From Candidatus Bathyarchaeum sp. (GTDB taxonomy: Archaea > Thermoproteota > Bathyarchaeia > Bathyarchaeales > Bathyarchaeaceae): 29,523 nucleotides of DNA. The translations under genes and the position numbers were made by a program. Below the pieces are notes generated by a model. That model did not search any database. It saw only the letters and a program-made list of their open reading frames with translations, and was not told the origin of the DNA. Location of the stretch: assembly GCA_026014495.1 (NCBI GenBank), contig JAOZIF010000098.1, forward strand, positions 1 to 29,523, in the 5' to 3' direction. This document shows, in pieces, positions 16,919-25,730 of this stretch; position 1 is the stretch's first letter, and the number at the start of each line of letters is the position of its first letter.

Positions 16919-17104
16919 ATGAAATACATGAAGCTCTGTTGGACCCTCGGCTGCTGGATATCACTTTTTCTTGTTTCATTTTATCACATCATAATTTGCA
17001 ATTATGAAACAGCATTTCCAGTTTGGTACTCCACGTTTATTGTTTGGTTCGCAGGCTTTGTTGCGCTTTCATCTTTAGTCAAAAACACCGAATTTGACGT
17101 TTAA
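16919..17104 (+). CDS. Small hypothetical membrane protein (2 TM)
   Basis: Two hydrophobic stretches, AGGA upstream of the ATG, fills the gap before the convergent methyltransferase stop. Confidence 0.45.
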   Translation: MKYMKLCWTLGCWISLFLVSFYHIIICNYETAFPVWYSTFIVWFAGFVALSSLVKNTEFDV

Positions 17105-17119
17105 TTCCCAGACTAGAAC

Positions 17120-17743
17120 CTAGAGTTTTGCTTCAATCAAAACTATGTTCTCGAATGGAATCTTAACTTGAGCAATAACCCTTGCCCGTAAATTCTTTTC
17201 CTTAAACATTTCGAGGGTTCGGTCTACATCAGAGAGCGAGGACTGAACCAGCAGTATCCTGCTCCCGTCAGCTAACCCGTTAGGTGAATCTGCTATGAAG
17301 CGGTCAATAACCGCTCTTCCGTTTGGACCTCCCGCCCACGCCTTTCCAATCCAACTTTTTTCTTCATCTGGCTCAGATGGCAAATATGGCGAGTTGAATA
17401 GCACAAGGCTGAAACGTTCATTCTTTTGAACTGCCTCAAACAGGTTTCCCAGACGAAACTCTACTTTATCATTAACGCCACAGTTTTCTGCGTTTTTGCT
17501 GGCACATTCGATAGCGTATGGATTTATGTCGACAGCTACGACACTTTTTGCTTTTTTTGCCGCGAGCACAGCGAGAATACCACAACCAGTACCCATATCC
17601 AAAACGGTGTCATTTTCTGTAGCATCCAAGTTTTCAGCTATCAAGAAGGTGTCTTCGGCTGGCTCGTAAACTTGCGCATCCACCATGAAAACGTAATCTT
17701 TGAAGTACACTTTTTTTGGGTATGCCATCAAAGTTTCCTGCAC
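17120..17743 (-). CDS. HemK2/MTQ2-family protein methyltransferase (release-factor Gln methyltransferase-like)
   Basis: VYEPAEDTFL, VLDMGTGCG, DINP, FNSPY (NPPY variant), WAGGPNGR.VIDRF, LLVQSSL. Confidence 0.88.
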   Translation of the reverse strand: MQETLMAYPKKVYFKDYVFMVDAQVYEPAEDTFLIAENLDATENDTVLDMGTGCGILAVLAAKKAKSVVAVDINPYAIECASKNAENCGVNDKVEFRLGNLFEAVQKNERFSLVLFNSPYLPSEPDEEKSWIGKAWAGGPNGRAVIDRFIADSPNGLADGSRILLVQSSLSDVDRTLEMFKEKNLRARVIAQVKIPFENIVLIEAKL

Positions 17744-17746
17744 AGC

Positions 17747-18598
17747 TTATGGTTGTTTTATTTTGTTTCCTGTTGCATCTAAACGCAATTTTCCAAATTC
17801 CTCTTTAACGCTTCTTAGCTGCTCAGAAGTTAACACGGGTCCATCTTTACAGACACGCAGTTCGCCTATTTGGCAACTCCCACACAAGCCTATGGAACAA
17901 CGCATTATTCGCTCTAAGCTGGCTTGCAGCGTAACATTATACTGTTCTGCCAAAAGGAACATTTTGTACATCATCAACTCTGGACCACAAGTGTAAATCA
18001 TGTCAAATTTTTCGTTCATCAACTTTTGTTCTGCTTGGTCAGTGATAAAACCTGCAAGCTCGTAGCTTCCATCCTCTGTTGTGTAAACAGTTTCTGAATC
18101 TACTCCTGAACAAACTTTATCGATACGTCCCAAAAACAGCAGATTTTCTTGGCTTTTAACGCCGCTCATTACCGTTACCTTGTCAGCAACATCCACGAGT
18201 CGTTCAGTAAGAGGCATCAGTGGGCCTATTCCTGTTCCGCCTCCAACCACCATCACGTTCCCTTTTGAGGTGACAAAGCCTTTACCGAATGGTCCTCGTA
18301 TCCCAATGATGTCGCCTTTTTGTTTTTTGTTAAGTGCTTCGCTGGCTTCTCCAACAGAATGAACTGTTATTGCTGTTTGTCCATCAGAGTTTATTCCTGA
18401 AAGGCTTATGGGAATCTCGTCAACTCCGGGTATCCACACCATAACAAACTGTCCAGGCTCAGCGTTTCCACAGAGTTCATCATTAAATGTGAGCGTTTTA
18501 ACTGCACAGTTTTCTGTTTTGACTTCCAGTATTTCTACTGTTCTCATGCTGTTAATCGCGTTAAATTGTGGCGGCACAGGCGACTTTGTGGAATGCAA
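17747..18598 (-). CDS. pyrK: Dihydroorotate dehydrogenase electron transfer subunit
   Basis: PGQFVMVW, IRGPFG, VGGGTGIGP, YTCGPE, SLER.MRCSIGLCGSC...RVCKDGPV ([2Fe-2S] ligands). Start may be ATG 18547. Confidence 0.93.
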   Translation of the reverse strand: MHSTKSPVPPQFNAINSMRTVEILEVKTENCAVKTLTFNDELCGNAEPGQFVMVWIPGVDEIPISLSGINSDGQTAITVHSVGEASEALNKKQKGDIIGIRGPFGKGFVTSKGNVMVVGGGTGIGPLMPLTERLVDVADKVTVMSGVKSQENLLFLGRIDKVCSGVDSETVYTTEDGSYELAGFITDQAEQKLMNEKFDMIYTCGPELMMYKMFLLAEQYNVTLQASLERIMRCSIGLCGSCQIGELRVCKDGPVLTSEQLRSVKEEFGKLRLDATGNKIKQP

Positions 18599-18796
18599 TT
18601 GTTTGTATCCTTCCTTTTGGGCGTATGTTCTCTTAGAGAGTTAATGCATATTAAATATGTGACGTTAAGCTCGCAAAACTAGTCTGTAGCGCATATTCTT
18701 CTTTTCTAGGTTACATTGATTTTGGGTACCGAGCAGTTTAGTAGAAGCCAACAATTTTATAGGATATAAACCAATGTTTCGGTTTAAGTGAAATAA

Positions 18797-19960
18797 ATGC
18801 AGTTCCTAACCCTTGGTTTGGGCAAAAACCATTTTGGTCCATCGTTTTATCGGATGTTTCTGCCATGGGCAATACGTCATCCAAGATATCTTTTGTCGGC
18901 GAGTCCACTTCTTCGTGCATACACTAAAACTATGGAACTACGTAAGAAAGCGGAAATGGAAGGCTTGAAGGTGCCTCCTGCTTTAATTCTTAGTCTTACT
19001 CAGCAGTGTAATCTTAGTTGCTCTGGATGTTTTGCTGCAGCCTCAGGGATTACATGTAATAAAAGTGGGGGACAGCAAAGCGAAAAGCCGCAACTAGATT
19101 GGAACGGGTGGACAAGCATTATTTCTGAGGCTGTTGAGCTGGGCGTATTTGGCTTTTTTTTGGCGGGTGGTGAACCGTTTCTTTTTCCTAAACTAATTGA
19201 GCTCTGTGAAACCTTCAAGGATAGATGTTTCATAGTTTTCACTAACGGTACAGCTATCACGGAAAATGATTTTGAGCGCCTGAAACGGTTGTCTAACACT
19301 GCCATAATTGTGAGCATCGAAGGCGGAGAAAAAGCGACAAACCTGAGGCGCGGTCAAGGGGTTTACAAAAAGGCAATTGGTAATCTTAGGCGACTGAGCA
19401 AGAATGGGACACCTAACGGAATTTCAGTAACAATAACGCGTCTTAACTACAACTATTGGATGAATCCCGAACGTATAGACAGCTTGATTGCTCAAGGTGT
19501 GCGTGCAGCGCTTTTTATCGAATATATTCCAGTTATGTCTGCACCTGAAATGGGTAGCAATGACAAGTTAGTTGAGCAAAATGACCATTTTCTTATGCTT
19601 ACACCAGAGGAGCGCGCACAGTTTCGGGCACAGATACTTAGGTATCGCAAAACAAAACCAATCTATATTATTCATTCTCCAGGGGATGAAGAACTATTTG
19701 GGGGCTGCGTGTCTGCAGGCAGAGGATTTGCTCATGTTACGCCCGCAGGCGACCTGACTGCATGTCCTGTTTCTAACGTGGCTACACACAATTTAACTAC
19801 TGCAACGTTGCGTGAAGGCTTTGCAAGTGCGCTTTTTACAAAGATTCGTGAGAATGAGGAGCTTTTGGAAAATGAGGGAACGCCGTGTTCTTTGTTTGCG
19901 CATCCTAAAGAGGTTGCGGAGCTTGCCAAATCTGTGAATGCTTACAGAACTGACCATTAG
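18797..19960 (+). CDS. Radical SAM protein with C-terminal Twitch/SPASM-like region (COG0535-like), function unknown
   Basis: CNLSCSGC (CxxxCxxC), GGEPF, FTNGT, SIEG; C-terminal GCVSAG..HVTPAGDLTACP..PCS. Confidence 0.88.
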   Translation: MQFLTLGLGKNHFGPSFYRMFLPWAIRHPRYLLSASPLLRAYTKTMELRKKAEMEGLKVPPALILSLTQQCNLSCSGCFAAASGITCNKSGGQQSEKPQLDWNGWTSIISEAVELGVFGFFLAGGEPFLFPKLIELCETFKDRCFIVFTNGTAITENDFERLKRLSNTAIIVSIEGGEKATNLRRGQGVYKKAIGNLRRLSKNGTPNGISVTITRLNYNYWMNPERIDSLIAQGVRAALFIEYIPVMSAPEMGSNDKLVEQNDHFLMLTPEERAQFRAQILRYRKTKPIYIIHSPGDEELFGGCVSAGRGFAHVTPAGDLTACPVSNVATHNLTTATLREGFASALFTKIRENEELLENEGTPCSLFAHPKEVAELAKSVNAYRTDH

Positions 19961-19972
19961 CCAGTTGTTTAT

Positions 19973-20887
19973 CTAGAATTTATGGGCTAATCCAACAATC
20001 TCTTTTACGTTATTGAAGCCTTTGCGTTCAAGATATTTGTCGATGCCTTCTGCTACTGACTTGAAGACGGCTAAGTCCTTGAATGCTATTGCTGTTCCTA
20101 TCTGAACTGCAGATGCTCCAGCTAACATGAATTCAACGGCATCTTGCCAGCAGGTTATTCCGCCGCAGCCTATGACTGGAACATCAACTGAACTGTAAAC
20201 ATCATACACGCATCTAACTGCGATTGGCTTTATTGCGGGTCCAGACAGTCCACCGAACTTGTTGGCTAGGATTGGTCTGCCTGTTTCTGTGTCGATTGCC
20301 ATAGCCTTAAGCGTGTTTACGGCGGTTATGGCGTCTGCTCCCGCTTTTTGTGCGGCTTGAGCGATTTCAGTTATATCTGTAACGTTGGGTGTTAACTTTA
20401 CAATCACGGGCTTGTTGACCTGTTTTTTTACTTTTTTCACAATTTCGGTTAGCAACAAGGGGTCAGACCCGATTTGTGCTCCAGCTTTTTTGACGTGTGG
20501 ACATGACACGTTTAACTCTACTGCGTCTGCTCCAATTTCAATTGCTGTTTGTGCAACTTGGGCGAATTCTTCAGGTGAAAAACCGTAGATGCTAAAGATT
20601 GTTGGGGCTTTGAGTTTTTTTAGTTCTTTCATTTCTTCTTTGAAGTGGCTGATTCCGGGGTTTGGTAAGCCCATTGCGTTTAGCAATCCACAGTTGGTCT
20701 GGACGACAGTTGGGTTGAGGTATCCTGTTCGTGGTTTTAGTCCCATCGATTTTGTTACAACGGCTCCTGCTCCCGCATCTATTACACTTTTCATGGATAA
20801 TCCAGTGTATCCGAGGATTCCCGCGGCGAGCATTGTTGGGTTAGCAAGTTTTAGTCCAGCTACTTGTGTGGCTGTTCGGGTCTTCAT
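19973..20887 (-). CDS. pyrD: Dihydroorotate dehydrogenase family 1B catalytic subunit
   Basis: LAAG, VTKS, NAMGLPNPG, ELNVSCPH, VKLTPN, NT, GGLSG, GCGGI, QIGT. Start reset to ATG 20887 (GAGG SD); the longer track ORF overlaps nop5 antisense. Confidence 0.95.
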   Translation of the reverse strand: MKTRTATQVAGLKLANPTMLAAGILGYTGLSMKSVIDAGAGAVVTKSMGLKPRTGYLNPTVVQTNCGLLNAMGLPNPGISHFKEEMKELKKLKAPTIFSIYGFSPEEFAQVAQTAIEIGADAVELNVSCPHVKKAGAQIGSDPLLLTEIVKKVKKQVNKPVIVKLTPNVTDITEIAQAAQKAGADAITAVNTLKAMAIDTETGRPILANKFGGLSGPAIKPIAVRCVYDVYSSVDVPVIGCGGITCWQDAVEFMLAGASAVQIGTAIAFKDLAVFKSVAEGIDKYLERKGFNNVKEIVGLAHKF

Positions 20888-20960
20888 TTTCGGTTCCTCT
20901 TTGCAGTAAAAGTTATCCACTGCCAAGATAAAGGTTAGGAAGCATACTCTAATATGATTA

Positions 20961-22220
20961 GTGATGGATGGTAAACTTGTGAAGGTTACGATAGTAGAAT
21001 CTGTAATGGGCGTTTTTGGTTTCGGAGAAGACAATGTGCTTGTCGAAAAAGTGCTTTTTCCAAAAGATCCAATTGAAACGGCTGAGCGGCTAAAGGATAT
21101 AGAAGAAGGAAAGTTAATTGTGGAAATTTCTGGTCTTATTGACAATTTGCGGGCTAAAGGCTACACAGACTTTGTTTTTGAAAACCAAAAGATGGCTACA
21201 TCTGCCCGCGAAAAACTCGATATCACAGTGACGGTGGAGTCGCCATCTGTGGCGGGTAGACTGTTTCGCGAAAACTTGGAAAAGTTTGCCATTGAATCAG
21301 GGTTTGTAAAGCCTGAACAGCTTCGTGTACAGCTTCATAATGTTTCTATTGAACTCGCCAAAATGAAGGTGAAAAAGACTGTTGAGCGACGAGACATGTT
21401 GGTGGCTCAGGCGGTTCAAACCGTTGATGACTTGGATAAATCTTTGAATCTGTTCATGAGCAGGATACGTGAGTGGTTTGGGCTTCACTATCCCGAATTG
21501 GATAGGATGCTTGAGAAGCACGAAACTTATGTGCGCCTTGTAGTTAACTTGGGAACACGAGAAAACTTTACTGTCCAAAACCTAGAAAATGAGGGGCTGC
21601 CAAAAGCAAAATCTCAAAAACTAGCAGATGTTGCTGCGGCTTCTATGGGCGCCGATTTAGGTGATGAGGACCTAGCTCAGATTCAGGTAATGTCCAAAAA
21701 AGTTCTTGAGTTGTATAGTGTTCGGCAATCTTTAGAGAATTACGTGGACTCGGTTATGGATGAAGTGGCTCCAAACACAAAAGCAATAGGCGGCTCACTG
21801 CTTGGGGCTCGTTTGATTGCTCTTGCTGGGGGACTGATGAACTTGGCTAAGTTGCCTGCAAGCACAATGCAGGTGCTGGGCGCGGAGAAAGCCCTGTTTA
21901 GGTCATTGAAGACCAAGGCGCGTCCGCCTAAGCATGGAATAATCTTTCAGCATCCCAGTATACATGACGCTAAGCGCTGGCAACGGGGAAAGATTGCTCG
22001 TGCCTTGGCTGGAAAATTAAGTATAGCTGCTCGTGTTGATGCTTTTAGCGGCAACTATGCTGGAGATGACTTAAAGTCTGATCTTGAAAAGAGAATCGAA
22101 GAAATCACGGAGAGATATGCAAATCCTCCGCCACCGCCTCCACCAACAAAGAGGGCGCATACAAGAAAGCCTCAGCAAAGAAACCAGCCTCGGAGAAAGA
22201 AACGTGGTCATAAACGTTAA
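20961..22220 (+). CDS. nop5: Box C/D RNP protein Nop5 (Nop56/58 homologue)
   Basis: IREWFGLHYPEL, APN...GARLIA.AGGL..LAKLPASTMQVLGAEKALF, PKHGIIFQHP, RGKIARALA.K..IAARVD. Confidence 0.95.
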   Translation: MMDGKLVKVTIVESVMGVFGFGEDNVLVEKVLFPKDPIETAERLKDIEEGKLIVEISGLIDNLRAKGYTDFVFENQKMATSAREKLDITVTVESPSVAGRLFRENLEKFAIESGFVKPEQLRVQLHNVSIELAKMKVKKTVERRDMLVAQAVQTVDDLDKSLNLFMSRIREWFGLHYPELDRMLEKHETYVRLVVNLGTRENFTVQNLENEGLPKAKSQKLADVAAASMGADLGDEDLAQIQVMSKKVLELYSVRQSLENYVDSVMDEVAPNTKAIGGSLLGARLIALAGGLMNLAKLPASTMQVLGAEKALFRSLKTKARPPKHGIIFQHPSIHDAKRWQRGKIARALAGKLSIAARVDAFSGNYAGDDLKSDLEKRIEEITERYANPPPPPPPTKRAHTRKPQQRNQPRRKKRGHKR

Positions 22221-22905
22221 GTCTCACTCTCTTTTTCCAGAGATTTACTGGGTTACTTTGGAGGATGGTTCACAAAAGTTAGGCACCAAGAACTTGGCTG
22301 TGGGGAACGCGGTTTATGGTGAGCGCCTCGTTAAGTTTGAAGGCAACGAATACCGAGTTTGGGATCCTTATCGAAGCAAGCTTGCAGCAGCAATAGTTAG
22401 GGGTCTAAAGACGGTGCCTGTGTATCCTAATCACAAGGTGCTGTATCTGGGTGCTGCTTCAGGAACAACTCCAAGCCATGTTTCCGACATTGTTGGCGAC
22501 GACGGACATGTATATTGTGTTGAGTTTGCTTCTCGTTCGTTAAGAGAATTGGTTAACAGTGTTTGCACTTTGCGCTATAACATTTCGCCTATATTGGCAG
22601 ATGCACGCGTGCCTGAGTCATATTCGCGGATGGTGGAGCGTGTGGACAGTATTTATTGTGATGTTGCACAACCTGAGCAGGCTAAGCTTTTGGCAGATAA
22701 TGCTGACATGTTCTTGGCTGATGGCGGCTGGGTGTTGTTGGCAATTAAGGCTCAGAGTATAGATGTGACAAAAGAGCCGTCTGTGGTTTTCCAAAATGAG
22801 ATTGCTGTTTTGGAGTCTAGAGGATTTCACGTCAAAGAGGTTGTTGGTCTTGAACCCTTTGACAAGGCACATGCAATGGTTGTTGCCCAAAAGATAATCA
22901 CGTGA
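22204..22905 (+). CDS. flpA: Fibrillarin-like rRNA/tRNA 2'-O-methyltransferase
   Basis: VYGE, YRVWDPYRSKLAAAI, VLYLGAASGTTPSHVSD, DVAQPEQA, AIKAQSIDVT, LEPFDKAH. Start set at in-frame GTG 22204, overlapping the nop5 end. Confidence 0.95.
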   Translation: MVINVKSHSLFPEIYWVTLEDGSQKLGTKNLAVGNAVYGERLVKFEGNEYRVWDPYRSKLAAAIVRGLKTVPVYPNHKVLYLGAASGTTPSHVSDIVGDDGHVYCVEFASRSLRELVNSVCTLRYNISPILADARVPESYSRMVERVDSIYCDVAQPEQAKLLADNADMFLADGGWVLLAIKAQSIDVTKEPSVVFQNEIAVLESRGFHVKEVVGLEPFDKAHAMVVAQKIIT

Positions 22906-23171
22906 CCTTTTTTGTTGCTTCTTTGTTTTCTAAAAAAACCTGTTTTGTTTTTGGTGTACTACTGTTTGTGTGAACTTTTTTAGTAAATGTGTGATGTGCA
23001 AAAAATTTCAGAAAAAAAGATAGTTTTCAACAATGTACCTCTATTTGTATCCTAATATGCCGCACAGAATTGTGAATTCTGACTTTTTTGTCGTTTTTTG
23101 GTAATGACTGTGTTTAATTGGTGTATGCGAAACTTTTTAATCTGTTTGAACTGTATTTTTAGTACGATAGT

Positions 23172-23525
23172 ATGTCTGTTTTTGTGAATTCTTTCACTGT
23201 TTCGCTTCAGAGCCATAGCCGCATTGATTTTCCATTTGACTTGCCTATCATAGCTGTACCTTTGCTTTTTTTAGTCCTTGGCGTATTTTTTTCGGTAATG
23301 TACATCGCTCTTAGAAAGACTATTGGAGCAACTTTAGTGTCATTTGGTGTTCTTGAACTGCTGCCTTTCTTGTTGTTGCTTGCTGGTTTGAACGATGTTA
23401 CCTACCTTATTTCGTTTCTTCCGTTAGTAATCGTTTTCGTGGAAGGGTGTATTACTTTGTTTGTAGGTGTTTTTCTATTACATCTTGGAAAAACTGGAAC
23501 AATCAAGGCTTTGACTGATGCATGA
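23172..23525 (+). CDS. Hypothetical integral membrane protein (about 3 TM)
   Basis: 117 aa dominated by three hydrophobic helices. Confidence 0.6.
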   Translation: MSVFVNSFTVSLQSHSRIDFPFDLPIIAVPLLFLVLGVFFSVMYIALRKTIGATLVSFGVLELLPFLLLLAGLNDVTYLISFLPLVIVFVEGCITLFVGVFLLHLGKTGTIKALTDA

Positions 23526-23548
23526 TTTCTTGGTATTTCAAGTTTAGT

Positions 23549-24118
23549 CTATGACGCGGTATTGTTTTGGTTAAGATATTCTGTTTGTACCTTAACAACA
23601 TCTGTGCTGTCCTTGGCTTGGGCGTATGCTTCTAGAAGCTCTTCGTTTAATATGATGAATTGGGGTCCCCATTTAAACTTGGATAACAGTTCTTTTGCTT
23701 GTTCACTGAAATTGGCAATGTATAGTGCTGCAGCCAATGCCTCTACTGTGCTGAGCTTGGTTGGTTTTCCATAATTTACGGGGTTTGCTGCTATCAAGTA
23801 TGGCAGGCAACGTGGGGTCCAGTTGCCTGAGGCTTCAAAAACTTGTTTTGCGTGTACCCAACTGCAGTCCAATGCAGCTAATCCTCTTTTGTTTAGTCTT
23901 GTTTTGTCTGCGGGAGAGAAAGCCTTTGGCGTGAACGGGTCAAGTATTATTGCTCCTCGTGGTATCTCTCTTGTTCGGTGAACCACCCGAACTAGGTTGT
24001 GGCGTTTAAGTTTGAGTGTGCTGCATTTTTTGGGGTCACACTGCTTAGCATGATAGACAGTGACTACAACCGAGCTAGAACTGATTCGTCTGCACCTCCA
24101 GATGACACATAGGGTCAT
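23549..24118 (-). CDS. tsr3: SSU rRNA aminocarboxypropyltransferase (DUF367)
   Basis: HAKQCDPKKCS..KL, LDP, FSPAD, LDCSW, RCLPYLIAANPVNYGKP.KLSTVEALAAAL, FKWGPQF...N...LEAY. Start uncertain (see findings). Confidence 0.93.
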   Translation of the reverse strand: MTLCVIWRCRRISSSSVVVTVYHAKQCDPKKCSTLKLKRHNLVRVVHRTREIPRGAIILDPFTPKAFSPADKTRLNKRGLAALDCSWVHAKQVFEASGNWTPRCLPYLIAANPVNYGKPTKLSTVEALAAALYIANFSEQAKELLSKFKWGPQFIILNEELLEAYAQAKDSTDVVKVQTEYLNQNNTAS

Positions 24119-25604
24119 CCATGACGTGAGGAATCCATTCTAAAATATCTGTGGGAAGCATGTGATAGCCCTTTTCGATAGCCACAAAATCTCCTGATGC
24201 ACCATTAATGAACGCGCCCGCAACCGCAGCACTAAATGGTTTTGTTCCCATAGCCAGCAAGCCCCCGACTATGCCCGAAAGAACGTCCCCTGTTCCGCCG
24301 ACAGTCATTCCTGCATTTCCAGTGAAATTAAACTTAACCTCTACCCCATCAGAGATGGCATCCACAGGTCCCTTGAGCAGTATTGTTGCCCCAAGTTTCT
24401 TTGCAGTTTTCTGAACCTCTTGTGCCCTTTCATCCAAACTGTCGGGCAGACGCATTCCAGACAAAATCTCGTATTCTCTGGCGTGGGGAGTCAAAACCAG
24501 CGGGCAGTCCAGCTTTCGTTTGAATTCTGCAAAGGCTTTAAGTCCGTCCGCATCCAAAAGCAGCGGCGTACCTGTTTTTTCTATTTGTTCAATAATTTCT
24601 TTTGTTGTCTCTTTTGTTTCGCTATGTAGCCCCAATCCTGGACCCAAAACAACTGCAGTCGTAGACTCCAACTGCTCATTAATTGCGGGCAGGTTGTTGA
24701 TGTTTAGGTGTTTTCCTTTCAGTTTTACAGTAATCAGGGCTGGGGACATAGAGGCTATTGTTGTTGCAGTTTTTTCTGGGGCAGCGATTGTGGCTATATC
24801 TACTCCTGTGCGAAGCGCAGCCATGGCGGCTAGGGCTGGGGCACCAGAAAAAACTTTGCTTCCTCCAATTACAAGCAGCTTGCCAAAGGCGCCCTTGTGG
24901 GCTTCTGGACTACGAGGCTTAACTGCTAATGTTACGTCTCCCGGACCAGCAAAGTGCTCAAGCTCCTGAGGTAAACCTATGTTTTTAACCACAACTTCGC
25001 CCGTGTAATCTTTAGCCTTGAAGAGCCCCGCTTTAGGCTTGTAGAATGTGACTGTCAGATTTGCTTTTACTGCGTTGCCTAAAACTTCGCCCGTGTCAGA
25101 GTTGATTCCTGTGGGAACATCAACTGCAACCCGAAAAGCTTGTGTTTGGTTGATTTTTTCTACTATCTGCATGATTGGCGGACGCAGTTTTCCTGTTAAT
25201 CCTATTCCAAGCAGAGCATCAACAACAACATCTGCCTTAACTTCTGGAATGCTCGATGAATCTTTAATTTCCATTATTGGAATAATGTTTCTAAGGGGCT
25301 GCAGGGCAGTCCAGTTTTTCTCGGCTGACTCATGTGCAATATTTGATGCACTGGTCGCAAGTATAACTTCAACCTTAAAGCCTAGACACGTAAGATAACG
25401 CGCCGCAACAAAACCATCGCCTCCGTTTCCACCTGAACCACAAAAAATCGCAACCCTAGTTTTCTTGGGATTAAATCGTGAGGCAATCTCATCTGCAACG
25501 TTTCTTCCAGCAGTCTCCATTAGCTGGAGCAATGAGATGCCAAAATATTCGGCGTTTGTTTCGATTGCCCGCATTTCTGGGCTTGTTATTATTTCAGTTA
25601 CCAT
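24075..25604 (-). CDS. nnr: Bifunctional NAD(P)H-hydrate epimerase/dehydratase
   Basis: LMETAG, GSGGNGGDG, DALLGIG, DVPTG (YjeF_N); HKG.FG, GPGLG, LDADGL, LTPHARE, LLKG, GGTGDVLSG (CARKD). Start reset to ATG 25604. Confidence 0.93.
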   Translation of the reverse strand: MVTEIITSPEMRAIETNAEYFGISLLQLMETAGRNVADEIASRFNPKKTRVAIFCGSGGNGGDGFVAARYLTCLGFKVEVILATSASNIAHESAEKNWTALQPLRNIIPIMEIKDSSSIPEVKADVVVDALLGIGLTGKLRPPIMQIVEKINQTQAFRVAVDVPTGINSDTGEVLGNAVKANLTVTFYKPKAGLFKAKDYTGEVVVKNIGLPQELEHFAGPGDVTLAVKPRSPEAHKGAFGKLLVIGGSKVFSGAPALAAMAALRTGVDIATIAAPEKTATTIASMSPALITVKLKGKHLNINNLPAINEQLESTTAVVLGPGLGLHSETKETTKEIIEQIEKTGTPLLLDADGLKAFAEFKRKLDCPLVLTPHAREYEILSGMRLPDSLDERAQEVQKTAKKLGATILLKGPVDAISDGVEVKFNFTGNAGMTVGGTGDVLSGIVGGLLAMGTKPFSAAVAGAFINGASGDFVAIEKGYHMLPTDILEWIPHVMDDPMCHLEVQTNQF

Positions 25605-25730
25605 TCCAATAAACCCCTGCACACTACTTGCATATGTTGTGTTTTGGGTTTTATTGCTGTTTCTCTTCAATTACCCCAACTCGTGAAGGTAATCTTAATC
25701 CAAAACAAGCAAGTTATAATTAATGTGAGG

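Noticed and set aside
13380-19960. RiPP hypothesis: the WxxW acidic peptide as substrate of the radical SAM enzyme
   Set aside because: The genes are 5.4 kb apart with unrelated genes between them, and there is no leader/core structure, RRE domain, transporter or dedicated peptidase adjacent to the rSAM.
20888-21145. 86-aa N-terminal extension of PyrD in the ORF track
   Set aside because: S/T-rich antisense read-through of nop5. PyrD homology and an SD begin at ATG 20887.
22084-22203. N-terminal extension of fibrillarin
   Set aside because: It lies inside nop5 in another frame. Fibrillarin-like sequence starts near GTG 22204.
22906-23171. Possible box C/D sRNA downstream of nop5-fibrillarin
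   Set aside because: Only a mismatched C-like box (GTGATGT) and a CTGA about 90 nt away, with no convincing C'/D' pair.
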